Positions 11,751-24,736 of a stretch of 41,326 nt of DNA are shown piece by piece. Each line of letters starts with the position of its first letter. Positions within the stretch are counted from its first letter, which is position 1. The notes beneath the pieces are model-generated. The model was not told where the DNA came from. It saw nothing but the letters and a program-made list of their open reading frames with translations, and searched no databases. The DNA is from Halocafeteria seosinensis (lineage: Eukaryota): positions 1-41,326 of the forward strand of contig LVLI01000379.1 in the NCBI GenBank assembly GCA_001687465.1, in the 5' to 3' direction. A program made the position numbers and the translations under genes.

Positions 11751-14093
11751 ATGTTGGGAATTGCGTTCTGTGTGGATGATGTACAGAAGGGTCCCAAGTA
11801 CGTGGTGCATGCATTCACAGCACGCGGGGCACTCACTGAGTTTATACGTATATTATACAGGTTGGCATTTCGATATCCGCCTTTATTAGTCTCCCTTGGA
11901 GTGGAGGAAGAGGAGACCGCACAGCAACAGTACAAGGAAGAGAAACAGCAAGGGGGACCTCGACGGAATTCAGGGAACCAAGCACATTCACCCTCTACAT
12001 CCTCTTCAGCAGTAACAACAACAGCCTCAGGAAGTTCACACACCAGCAGCGGAGGCTCAGCCACAAACAGCGGTGATGTTGCAGCTTCAAGTACGTCCGG
12101 ACAAGCGGCAGCGCAGTCAGCACAAGGAAGCAATAATGCCTCAAACTCATCCGCCAGTGCCGCGGGTAGTTCCCAAGCAACATCAGTGGCAGCCGGGTCC
12201 TCCTCTCCAACGCAGAGTTCGTCCCACCCCAACAGCAATAACACCAGCTCGGGTACAAATACGAATTCGGGAACTGTGGGCTCAGGAAACACGGCACCGT
12301 CAAAACAGATAGGACAAAGTGATTCGATCCAGATGATACTAAGGAGTGGCGATCAGTTTGCCAATATGTTTCGCCCTAAGAATGCGTTATGCACTGGAAG
12401 TGTCTTGGAGCTTCGAGTGGACGACGTAGTTTTCATCAGCTGTCCAACTTTATTGCAGTCGAAAGAACGCTTTAACCGAGAGTAAGTCGGTGCCAACCCC
12501 AAGAAGTGCTCAGTCGTGTGCGTCACGCTGCCAATACCTGCAGGACAAGTGATGCTTCAACAAGATCACCTGAGCGAAGCGAGAGCTCGCACTCTCACAC
12601 AGATGCCTCTGATGGGGATGTTAGTCTGTCCAGGAAAGGAAGCAGTCAAACAACGGAGTCTCAAGTATCGATGTTCAACCTCATTGTCGTCGCACATACC
12701 TCCTCGTTTCGCTCACGAACATACAGACAGGACGACACCTTTGAGAAAGAGTGGATAGAAAGTGTTGTCAACCGCTTCTCCAATGCCCTCTCTCTTCAGG
12801 AGAAGAGATGCAAGTAAGCACTGGACAATAAGCCATACTAAATATTGGACTCATACGCACGTGGTTGATGACTGTCCTCCAACAACAGGTACATCTCCCA
12901 GCAGGCTAAGATTTTGACTGAACTTCGTGAAAAATGGGTACACGATGGCAAAGGCGTTGGTACGTGCTTCTTTCTTAAGAGCGGCTGTCTTGTGTTATTT
13001 TATTTTGTTCGTTTCTTCTGTACATGAAGATCCCGACGAACTCCTAAGGGATTCCATTGATCAGTCCACGCTAGCGGGGGAATTGATACAGTTCTTCTAC
13101 ACTCTGTCCAGTCACCGACCGACGTATATTCGCTTGGGAGGATCTTCTTCTGTTTCCATACCACCTCCAACGAGAGCAGTAGAGTCAAAATTTCCAGAGG
13201 AAGGTATAAGACCCTATCATGCCGTACTGTTATACTACGGAGTTCGTGAAACAGAAACATTACTACCGTCGGACTGTAATGATTCTCTTCGCCACCTAGT
13301 TCGTCAGGTTTCCCCCTACGTAAGCATTCCGTCTATGCGCTCGTCCCTTGGAGTCTCACAGAAAGCACTCTCTTCCATGATAGAGCATTTAGTCAAATGG
13401 GGTTTAGCCCGGGTAACCACGGTACTCTCTGAAGATTCAGTGTTAAGAGTTGCTAAGAACGAAGACACCCACCAAGAATGGACATCGCAGTATGGAGACC
13501 TAGCCGAGCGATTTCAACGACGTTTCAAGAATCACGAACTTGGAGGCTTTCTAACGCTCTTTGATGGAAAGAAGCCTCTGCGGGAACTCACTTCCGCGTT
13601 CTACACGAAAGCAGAATGTGAAGAATTCCTTTCCATGGTAGCTTGGGCAATGTCTCATGGGCTGATTGTCCAAATTCAACGTTACATACAGTTTGTTCCC
13701 CCGGATACACTCTGGATTTACACCGACAATTATTCTCAGTCTTGGAAAGCTACTGGAAAAATGGTCCTGGACGCAACGGAAGGAACTTCAGCTTCCGGTA
13801 CTGGCATGTCCTCTCGTGATCACATGATACGCAACGCCTTAAAAGCCTACATTGACAACTTGCTTGAACAGAAGCTACCGGCCGATACTGTTCACCAAAG
13901 TCCCACTGAATCCCGACACGAATTCGCTCATTCCCTCTCCAGTAGCCTGATGGAAAAAATCCATCTTTTTAATGGAAAGACTCCAGTAGAATATATCTGT
14001 CAGTCTTGTGGATTTACCAACGAAGAAGTTGAGCTCCTATGCGAAATCCTCCCTGAGATATTGGTGAAGCTCGAACATGGTGAAAACGACTGA
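11751..14093 (+). CDS. NPRL3: GATOR1 subunit NPRL3/Npr3-like protein
   Basis: Spliced N-terminus MLGIAFCVDDVQKGPKLAFRYP (intron 11798-11860). Longin-region motifs FANMFRPKNALC, LELRVDDVVFISCPTLL and MFNLIVV. LSLQEKRCKYISQQAKIL after splicing, IRPYHAVLL and HLVKWGLARV all match NPRL3 blocks. Ser/Thr/Gly-rich insertion near 11990-12300. Confidence 0.9.
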
Positions 14094-14099
14094 TAATTC

Positions 14100-17019
14100 T
14101 CAAGTGGACCCCAATGAAGTACCGCGGACGCGAATCTCGTTGCTACTTAGTGCCAGTCCTTCGGCTTTCATTTCGCTGATATATTCCCCTTTATTAGCTG
14201 CTTCAGATGCTTGGTGCAACCGTTGCAAAATATCGTTATGTGTCATCCCCAGATGTACTCCATCGCCCTCACCAGTATCGCCAGGGTCGATTCCGGGTAA
14301 CGTGGGGGCAGTATCTTGTTTTACTAGTGTCCGCCACGCTTTCGAAAGAGCATCCAACGTTGCTTTCCTCACTGGTCTAACTACTGCGATAGACGCTTGT
14401 CCATTGAGTGTATGTTCTCGCTTAGGATTTTGAATAATTCCCTGCGGATGGACAATGGCGCGATAAAGAATGTGTATGGATGCATATGAAACCGGCTCAT
14501 GGCACTTACTGTTCGAGGGCACACCCATGCGACGTCTTGTTCAGGAGTTCTCACTGTCCAGGATCCATCATCTGTATCTTCTTCAGGTGATTTGCCTTCG
14601 CTGGTGGCAGAACTTAAAGAGCCTCGAGAAGCATATCGAGTTAGTACGTGCTTAGCGGCAGTTAAACTTGACTGCTGTTGCGATGTCTTGAGCTTTTTGT
14701 GGTGCTTTCCGTACAAGATTGCATCATATGAATTGGCCTTCCAACTCGATTTTCCGGGCATTACAGTTCCTCTCTCAAGTACAGCCACTAGTAAAGAGTG
14801 ACCAGCGAGGTGAGAATGATGGACTGCGCGTCCAATGCGATCTGCTGCTCGCTCCAATGCGTTCTTGAGGGGTGGTATACTCTCCTCGTCAACTCCCTTC
14901 TGGGGATTAGCATCCAAAAGGATAATCGAAAAGTCACCGGCAAGCTGCGAGGTGGCGTCACACCCTGCTGCCACTTGGCCGGAACCACTCTTACTGCTAC
15001 TGTTGCTTTGTCGCTTGCGTGTTGACTCCGTAAGTTTCATTTGGTTCTCAATCCGCTTAATAGCTTCGTCAGCGATGCCTGTATTTCTTTCAAGTTTACG
15101 GTTGAACGTTCCCCCAGCCAAAACACAAGGGGCACCAGCGGCATGGGCCGCTTTGTCTGTTTCAATCTGATGGGTGGACTGAGGTTCAAGTGCGAGAACA
15201 TTCACTTTCCTATTACAAACAGGCAACACGATCCTATCTGTTCCCCCCATCACTCCTCTATATACAACTTGACCGCTGCAAAACATGAAATAATAAGGAA
15301 GCGATAAGACGTTTAATTCTTTTGCTGCCTGTTTATCGTAGGCCATATCCACGCCAACTATGCGGTATGGGCATTCTCCAGCAGCTGATCCACTCTCTTG
15401 TCCTCTTGCTGCCAAAGCCATGTCTGCTAATACACTTTGATCCTCTTCAGTGAGCAAAAACGTTTGGTCTTTGAATTCGGAAGAAAACGGATACATAATG
15501 CATAGCGTGGCCAGTACATGCTCAAGCAACTGGATGGCTTTTCTACACAGTGGTTCATCCTCTCTTATACAAGCAGCAATGATTATCTTATCCTGGGGTG
15601 CTGATTCGACGTATTCTCTGAGTCGCGTAGGGGCAATTCTGGGAACTTTTTGGTGAGCATTGAGAAATGACCGGAGACCAGGACTGACCCGTGATAATGA
15701 TGACATGCTTTCCGTTGTCTTCCCTGAGTTCCTTTGAAGGGCTTCCGAACGAGGCAGCTTTGGATGAATGCCCTCAAGTTTCTGCCTCACTTCCACCCTT
15801 CCAAGCCACTTGCCTTTGTGGTACGATGCACCGGCAAATGTACCATATCCATCCTCAACATTTTCAATGTTATCCGAATAGTCTTTAAGACTCTGAGTAT
15901 CATCCTTTTGCTCTCCCCTTAAGTTTGCGCGTAGAATACTCGGCACCTCCCGAGTAGTTTGATTCAAAGCTTCCTCTCTTAGTTCCTTTGAAGATTTACC
16001 TCCTTTTCGACGGTCCAGAGCGACGACGCTATCTTGCAAACTGTTCAGGAGCCCCTGGAGCTTTCCTTCGGGGGGAATGCTCTGTCTCCCAGATAGCTGC
16101 TTGCTCTCTCCTTCAGCCGGTTGTTCTGCTGCAGGGTACGAGGCGCCCGGATACCGAAGTTTTGACTGCGTTATAGAACCAACTTTGAACAAATATTCCC
16201 GGTTATTGCAAGCAAAGTATATCTCAAGAAGTGCACCGTCAAAGAACCGGAAATTCACGTAGGGATTCAGGTCGAATGTCACCTCCTGAGGAACTGTACC
16301 GGCATCCTTTTTCTCGGCGTTCCATAACCAGGAATGGAGTATTTTCTTACTAGTCTCGTCGCTTAATTGGCCACCTCGGTTCGTTATGGACAAGAACTGT
16401 AGTTTTCTCTTGGATCGTTGGTCCTCTTCTTCTTCCTCTTTCGGGCTCGACTCCGAGGCAAACCCGACGTTGTGCTCATTGAAATTTGCCAGCAACTTTC
16501 CTGTTAATTTAATGACTCTTTGTCTTCTACTGTTGGAAACAGCAGAATGCAGTGATTCGTTTCCGGGAACATCGTAAACTGTATGTTGGAACTGTTTTCT
16601 ACTTCTTGATGAAGCATGATAACTAATTACTCGAACAGCAACGGCTCTGAGCTCCTTGTTGCCTGGAATCGAAGTGCCTCTGTGGTTTTCCAAGAGTTGG
16701 CTGTAAGTGTCGTTATGGTAGCTGCATTCGAAATCGATTCGCAACTATAGACACTATTTACATCTTAACCACCATATAACGGAGATGACGTACTATGCCT
16801 CTCCCGATCCATCGCTGGCGAAGCGCAATGCGGGAGTACCGTCGTCGTAGTCCACTGCAACACGTATTGTAGTACGGAGGCCATCATTCACACACAGTAT
16901 CGGTAGTACTAATACCCATCTATGACAACGAGTGTTTCCAAAAATTATCGACAAGAGGTCAATGAAATCCACTACGTACCACTTTTGGTCCAAATGGACG
17001 AATCGTCACGCGCTGTCAT
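14100..17019 (-). CDS. FAM194/ERICH6-like domain + thioredoxin-like fold + degenerate receiver-like domain protein
   Basis: Spliced start MTARDDSSIWTKSVDYDDGTPALRFASDGSGEAYY (two GTACGT..CAG introns). Beta-rich FAM194-like region (GGQLSDE...HSWLW...FDLNPYVNFRF). Trx-like region (IIAACIREDEPLCRKA...IVGVDM...LNVLSLPYYFMFCSGQVVY) without CxxC. The last exon joins ORF 14100-14528 through a GTAAGT..CAG intron. Confidence 0.65.
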
Positions 17020-17349
17020 CAGGTTTCATGCAGTGCTCCCGAACTAGATAGCTACAAGACGACAAGACATGCAGTCGAGCAATACCCGATACTATACTAT
17101 GCAACTTCAATACCTCCTAAGTAATTTTGCTAGGCTACCTGGTAGTAGAAAAGCCTCACCCAAGCTAACGGTCGACGTTGAAGCTTTTGTGAAGGCACAG
17201 TGAAGCCAAAACAAAATGCAGTACACCCGGTATTACGGGCCGGTAATGTGTTCAATCACTCATAAAGACGCGATGTTTATTTGTTGCAGTCCGAGAACCG
17301 TTTCACGGAGCAATATCTTGAATCGTACGCTTTATTGAGAAAATGCTTC

Positions 17350-19451
17350 TTAGAACGTCTTCAAGTCGGGGTCGACGTCGAAAGATGGCTCGGTCTTTGC
17401 GCGGACATCGTCGACAGACACACCATTGGCGATTTCACGCAATACCAACCCCTGTTCAGTAACATCCAACACCGCCATGTCTGTAATGATTCTGTTCACG
17501 ACTCCGGTGCCGGTTAATGGTAGACTGCATTTGTTGAGGATCTTCGGTTTGCCATCTTTGGACGTATGGTCCATGGTTATAATGACGCGGCTTCCAGAAG
17601 CTACCAGGTCCATCGCACCTCCCATTCCTTTTACCATCTTTCCAGGAATAATCCAGTTTGCAAGGTCACCGGCCGATGAGACTTCCAACGCACCCAATAC
17701 CGTGAGGTCCATGTGCTTACCGCGGATCATTCCAAAGCTCTCGCTGGAACTGAAAACGCTTGCACCCTTGTTCATAGTGACTGTCTCTTTACCAGCATTG
17801 ATGACGTCCGGGTCAGCCTGTCCCTTGGGCGGGTATGGTCCCATGCCCAACAAGCCATTCTCAGATTGTAACTCAATGCGCACTCCTTCAGGCACGTAGT
17901 TACTTGCCAGTGTAGGCATTCCAATGCCCAGGTTGACGTACATTCCGTCTTCAAATTCTTGGGCAGCTCGGCGCACTATACGCTCGCGGGCTCCTCCAAG
18001 ATCACCACCACCAGATGACTCAGATTCATCCTTCTGCTCCGTTCGTTTCTCAATTCTCTTTTCAAGTTTCTCGCACTTGATCAAGCGATCCACGTAGATT
18101 CCAGGAATATGTACCTGGTTCGGGTCGATTTCTCCGGCCTCAACAATCTGAAACAAGTTAATATGACAGGAATCATATGTATCATATATGCACCAAAGTT
18201 AGCGTCTACGTTCGAGACAAGGAACAATACATGAGAAATTCATATGGCCCACGTGGGCATAGGTGAATGGATATGGAAATTAAGCACCCAACACCAGAAA
18301 ATTCGGGGCGAAACAAGAGAAAATAGCGAGACTCCTCAGCTTACCTCTTCGACTTCGGCAATGGTCACCTTCGCAGCTTTTGCCATGTCCGCATTGAAGT
18401 TGTTTGCGGTGCCTCGGCAAATAATATTGCCTCTTGTATCCCCCCTGTAAAGCAATACCGGAAACAAAAAGTGTTCAATTCGAGCACCGTGTCCCCAAGT
18501 CGACGGAGCATGAGGAAGTCCCTTACTTCAATCCTTTGATAAGTGCAAAATCTCCGGTGATAGATTTCTCCATGACGTAGTTTTTTCCGTCAAACTCTCT
18601 CTCTTCGCGCCTGTCGGTGTACATATCGGGCTTGCCATCGGATGTATATTTCAAGATGTGTTCTCCATGGTGAATGATAGTACCATACGCGGTGCGAGTG
18701 AAAAAGGCGGGGATACCACAGCCACCAGCACGGATTTTTTCTGACAGCGTGCCTTGTGGAGTAAGCTCGACTTCAAGTTCACCGCTTAAGTATTGCCTTT
18801 CAAACTCTTTGTTCTCTCCGACATAACTGCTCGTCATCCGTTTAATTTGTCTGGTCCCAAGCAGCAAACCAAGTCCGAAATTATCCACACCGGCGTTATT
18901 CGACACAGCACTGAGACCCTTTGCTCCTTGGTCCCGGACAGCGCTGATTAAGCTTTCCGGGATGCCACAGAGTCCGAAACCACCAACAAGCCTGCAACGT
19001 TCCAAAAGCGAATGAATGAATTAACTCCAATACGAACAACTCGTCGTCGCGGGAGCTGGAAGAAGCTTACAAAGTTGCGTTGTCGTGGATATCTTTTACG
19101 GCTTCCGCGGCCGAGTTGACGATTTTGTTGTATGGTCTCGCGCTGAAATACCGTGCAGAAGGCTGCAGTCACCCAACAGTAATACCAGTTCGGTACTAGA
19201 CAGTGTATCATGTACTGAGCGAGAATTACAGTTGGAAGAGGGCCACAACTTACCATTCCACCCACAGCGTTTGCCACCTGGATCTGGTTAGTGTTCAAAG
19301 ATGCAGCGACATCTACAGCTCCGGTGACGGCAGCAGCAGTGGCATTAACGCCACCACGACGGACCCCGGAGCCTGTAATGGTCCTTTGAACCGTCTTTCG
19401 GAGGCTCTGCATGCCTTGACGGCGTCCAACAGATAGCAAGAAGGAGACCAT
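17350..19451 (-). CDS. OXCT1: Succinyl-CoA:3-oxoacid CoA-transferase (SCOT), mitochondrial
   Basis: [51 protein letters not shown], catalytic [28 protein letters not shown]. Arg-rich N-terminal targeting peptide. Multi-exon. Confidence 0.97.
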
Positions 19452-19832
19452 TTTTTTTTGGCGCCAGTGTGTGTGTGATGAGTGTTCTACAAGTTCGGTT
19501 ACTTTATGTACTGGGTTTTCTCTCCAAATACTATTTTCCCTAGTTTCTTGGCACACTTTTCAACCTTGCACGAGGGGTTCCAGCTCTCAATACGACCTGA
19601 AATATGCTGTATTCGCCACGTGTATCTTGCTCCTCCAAAGGAACTTCCCTTTAAAGGAACGAAACAATCTTTTCGTCGATTTCAACTTCAACCTATCATG
19701 TGGAAGGCCACGAACATGGATGGTAACAAAACAACATTGCGGTCGATTTTGACCACTTTCGGAGACTTCAGTCTGCGCTGAAGTTGATGGAACCCCTGGT
19801 GTGGGTGTAGAGTGAGGTTAAGGAGCGAAACG

Positions 19833-22800
19833 ATGACGCGCCGGGGTTTAGGAAGCAAAGAAAACCCAGATCGTATTGAGAAATATGTAAGCCAATGCTT
19901 CCCTCTTTGTGCGTCTTTCATCCCGTTTTGTCACTGTCAGTTATCTCGCTCAACACGATGTGCAGGCGATGGGGCAGGAACTGGGTCGCGGAGGATTTGG
20001 AGTGGTGTATTTGGCACTAGATACCATGACGGGGAAGAGTGTGGCGGTGAAGAGGCTGTCTTTACAGAGCATGAATGAGGAGGATATAGAGATTACCCAA
20101 GGCGAAATTGAACTTTTGAAGAAACTGAGGCACCCAAATATTGTGGAATACGTGGACTCTGTTCGCACTCAGGATTACTTGTATATTGCTTTAGAGTACG
20201 TTCCTTTTCCTCATTGGAGAGTTCTCTGAACTTCAGCCCAAGATTCCAAATGGTTGCGATCATGAACGGTGCGTAACTGCAGGTACGTCGAGAACGGGTC
20301 ATTGACAGGATTGGTCAAGAAGTTCGGAACGTTCAATGAAACTTTGAGTGCCATGTACACTGCACAAGTGTTACAAGGACTCAGTTTTTTACACGAACAA
20401 GGCGTTATTCATCGCGATATCAAGGGTGAAAATATTCTAACAACCAAGGAAGGTTTTGTCAAGTTGGCAGATTTTGGGGTGGCGATTCAGGGTGTGGACC
20501 ATGAGCACGATGTGGTTGGGACGCCTTATTGGATGGCTCCCGAGGTCATCGAGATGGCAGGAACATCCTCGGCATGTGATATTTGGAGCGTCGGTTGCAC
20601 AATTATAGAAATGTTAACCGGAAAACCACCGTACTTTGACTACAATCCCATGACGGCACTCTTTCGTATAGTCCAGGACGAATATCCTCCGTTTCCCGAG
20701 CAGATTTCTCCGGCTCTTCGAGACTTTCTGATTCAGTGCTTCAAGAAGGAACCTTCCTTCAGAAAATCTGCCCAAGAACTACTATCCCATCCGTGGATTG
20801 TGAACACCGTGAAATCGAAAGCCTTATCGTCTGGCAAGCAACAAGTGAGTGAAAGTGCTGGTGATGGAACTGAAAAAATAATGGAAAAAGCTGCTTCAGT
20901 CATTGAGCAAGCGCGGGCATCGAATGAAAAACTGAAAGATAAGCAAAACCTCAGCAGTCTATTTGGCAATGCGACAGCTGATGCGTTTGGCGATGATGAT
21001 GACGATGACACAGCACTACTGCAGTTACAGAAGGACATACAGAGAGGAAATATAAACGTTAGACAGTCCAGACAGGGACGTTACGAGGGAAATAGTGCCC
21101 ATGGTCAGCAAAGACACAACTTTCATACGATAGGATTGAAGGATGTGGAGGAGTTCGAGAAAATTAACCAAAATCTGTTCGAGAATACTCTAAGAGGAAT
21201 GGTGCTACGAGGCAAGCAACAGCAAGACGAACCACTAGGACACGACGAGAACGCCAATAGTGGTGGGGTAAGGGTGATACTGTTGGGTTGCTTTAAATGT
21301 TTATCACCTCGAGATAAATCTGTGTTTTGCCTTCGCAGCCGAAGTTATTTAAATTGGAAGACGTAACTCCGCAAGATATCAACGAATGGGCTGGAAAAGT
21401 GGGAAAGGCTTCCCACAAGAATAACGCTCAGCGTAAGTTGCATGAATTCATGTTACATCAGGGAGCAATGCAACCTGGAATTACGTCTCTGCAGCCATAA
21501 AACTACCTGCAATAAACGAAGATAATTCGTTTGACTTCGAAGAAGAGTTTGACCTGGGTGATGACGACGAGCAGGAACCAAATATGGGTACTAGTAAAGT
21601 CCAAGGCAATGGGTCGGACCACGCTCAGAAATCGCTTCAAGCATTTACTGAAGAAGACTCGGATGAGGATTGGGATGTTGATCTGAAGAAAACAGATAAG
21701 ACCGATGATAGAGAAACCCGCCACAACAGGACAGCTCACAATTCATTGAAGGAAAAGTTGTCAGGAAAGCCTGCTTTGCAAGCGTTTGCTGACTCCGATG
21801 AAGAAGAAGATTGGGATAAGGCTATTAACTCTCGATTAGAAGATGAGCCTACTCCCAAAGGGAATGACCAACTTTCTGGGCTTCTTGGGAAAAAGCCAAA
21901 CTTAGATGTAGTTTTTGGGAAGGATGACGACGACCAGGAAGAGAACTGGGACAGTTTAGTGCGGCCTCAATCAAAATCCTCCGGTAAAGAACCTACGCCC
22001 CGGACGGAAAAGAGTGGGCTTGCCCAATTTCAGGAAGATGATGAGGATGAAGCTGCTGTGGAAATTGAGTATCCCCGTAAGGCTAGCTCAAACTCAAACA
22101 AGGAAACAAGCCTTCTGTCTCCTCCGGACTACTCAAAAGAATCTTTGAAGGATAAACTAGCGAGAAAGCAACGGAGTGCTCCCACAAAAGAACATGCATG
22201 GGAGGAAGATCAACAGCCTTCATCCCGGGATGTTGTTCTGGACATCGATGCTGCACTGGAGGAAGAAGGAGGAGAAAGCGAAATTTTGTCTGACGCAAAG
22301 GAAACCAGCATAACGGCCAGGAGGCAGAACTCTGTGCTATCTATTTTGGACAAATTACAGAGCAGTGCGCAGGTCAGTTCAGAAATAATTTTAAAGTCAT
22401 GCAAGACGCTCCGCTCGTTATTTCGTGAAAGCCCTGCGCTAAAGCAGTTTTTCGTTAAGCGGCATGGGGTGCTGCCTCTCTTGGAACTGCTACAGACCTG
22501 GAAGAGCACAGAGGATTTCTTCGTCATATGCACGCTGCTTTCAACCATGAACCATCTCGTATTCAATGAGCCTGGTCTGCATGAATCGCTAGCCCTGATT
22601 GGCGTTACTCCTTCAGTTATGGCTTTTGCTAATTCCGGGTTCCCTCCACGAGTCCGTCAGGAAGCGGCCAAATTCGTTAATCAGTGCTGCACCAACAGCC
22701 GCTTGACGCTTCAACTGTTTGTGGCAGCGGGCGGAGCTAGCGTGTTGGTAGAGCTCTTAAAAGCTTCAGTTAAGGGACGGCGATCTCAGATACATGAGGA

Positions 22801-24728
22801 TGAAAGTAGTGAGGATGCTGCCTCCGATGTCACTACGTTGGACATGGATGAGAGTAGCGAACGCTCGAAAGGAGAAATGGATCAATTATTGCTGAGGCAT
22901 GCGATCAATGGAATAGTCACAGTTTTGAATATGCAGACTGTAGCTATGACTCAGAATGAATTTCGACGACTTTTCATCCGCACTGGCATTCTTGCACCCC
23001 TTGTCATGGCATTGCGTGCCTCCTTTTACTTTGTTTGCAACTCGCTATCTGGGGCAACACTGGCTGAACATACTGACGAATCAGATCCCGGATCACTGCA
23101 TCCAAACCATAAGAGGAGCCAATGGGATGAAACCATTGATTTCACCCCTGATGATTTTAGGAGAGGTGTCGTACCGAAGACTATGTTGCCTTCGTCCCCA
23201 TTTTTAGATACGGATATGTTTGTTGGCGAATCTACAGACTCCAAGAACACAACGATTGAACAGATGAATCGGCGTCGTAGTTCAATGGACACGAGGGGAA
23301 TGAGGGCTGCCCTCGGGGAGATATCTGATGAGGATAGCGATGATGATTGGAAGCCTTTTGGAATGAAGGACCTGACCTTTTCCCAGCCGAAGAATGCTGA
23401 CCCTCCCCACCAGAGTGCACCACACCACTCTCGCAGCAGATCAGAACAGGTTGCCCGACCGCCGTCAAAAGAGCAAATGAAACCGGCACGAAACTCTACG
23501 GGTAACGCAGGAGAGTATACTATTAAAGCGCATGAGTTGCCGATATGCGGTACAATCAAGGACGTCCTTGGGGACATGTCTTCCCTCATGAATCTTCTTG
23601 TGCTATTGGCGCAAGGCGATAGTGTTGTGAAGGCCGCGTACAACCGGAAAGATTTGGTCAAAGTACTATTGTTTATTTTACGCCCCGCTCCCTATTCACT
23701 TTTGAACCATGAACTTTACGCGCCGATTGTGTATTCTTCTCTAAAGACGATACGTCACATGTCTATGGAGCCTTCCGTTGTAGAGCGAATGGGTGATTCT
23801 GGAGCTATATCTACTCTTGTCCCGTTGCTCTGTGAAGACAGCGAGCTGGACGTGCTATCAGAAGATTCTTCCCATCGATATAGCAAAGAGGTGCGACACT
23901 TTGTTTTGCACGCTCTCTTCAACTTATGCAGAGTGAACAACCAAAGGCGGGAAAACGCAGCGATGAACGGCATTATCCCTCCACTACAGAAGCTGCTACA
24001 GAAGCAAAACTCGCTTCAGCCACTAGCGCTTCCAATCTTATGCGACCTTGCGCATGCTGGTCCAACAAGCAGGAAAATTCTGTGGCGCCATAACGGGGTC
24101 GGCATGTATATTGGTATTTTGAAACGGAACTATTGGGCTATGCATGCCTTGAATTCCTTAGCTGTTTGGTTGGGGAAAGACCCGGAGAGGGTGGAAGTTG
24201 CTTTGACGGAGAAATCTCACGTCGACGCATTAGTGGATATGTTCACCAGCGCCCCACGTTCATATTTCGAGACTATTGTAGGACATATTGAGTGTACGTT
24301 ACTTGGTCGCTCGAGATTATGCTGTTGCCATTGGTACCATCGGCTTTATTTGAATGAATGCAGCGATGCTGGACCGAAGTCCTTTACTAGCAAAGCACAT
24401 GTCATTTTCCTTCAAGTTTATTGAGGACATAATGACACGGCTAAAAAAGAAGAATTCTGTATGTCTTGTAAAATCTTATTGTCACTTCCTAACGAAATAC
24501 TAGATGTTGTCGATATGATATGATGCACAGGCAATTGTCCGAAGAAGCTTGCTCAACATACTAAAACTAGCCTTCATAGCGAATGATGACAAGGAGAGAC
24601 TAGCACAGCAGTTCAACTTGCAAGAATTCGTTCTACGTATTCGAGACAATGCTGCTAAGGAGAGGCAAGTTCTCTTGGAGCAAATAGCTGAAGCAATCCT
24701 AGCAGCATTGGACGATAACCCGAGATAA
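19833..24728 (+). CDS. Cdc15/SepA/MAP3K-epsilon-type STE kinase with acidic linker and C-terminal ARM/HEAT region
   Basis: [60 protein letters not shown]-terminal [22 protein letters not shown] and [10 protein letters not shown]. Six introns splice cleanly to TAA at 24726-24728. Confidence 0.92.
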
Positions 24729-24736
24729 GATTCTCC

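Noticed and set aside
11681..12292. 203-aa minus-strand ORF
   Set aside because: Antisense shadow of the low-complexity NPRL3 insertion.
18149..18344. Longer SCOT intron as a possible snoRNA host
   Set aside because: No convincing C/D or H/ACA boxes seen.
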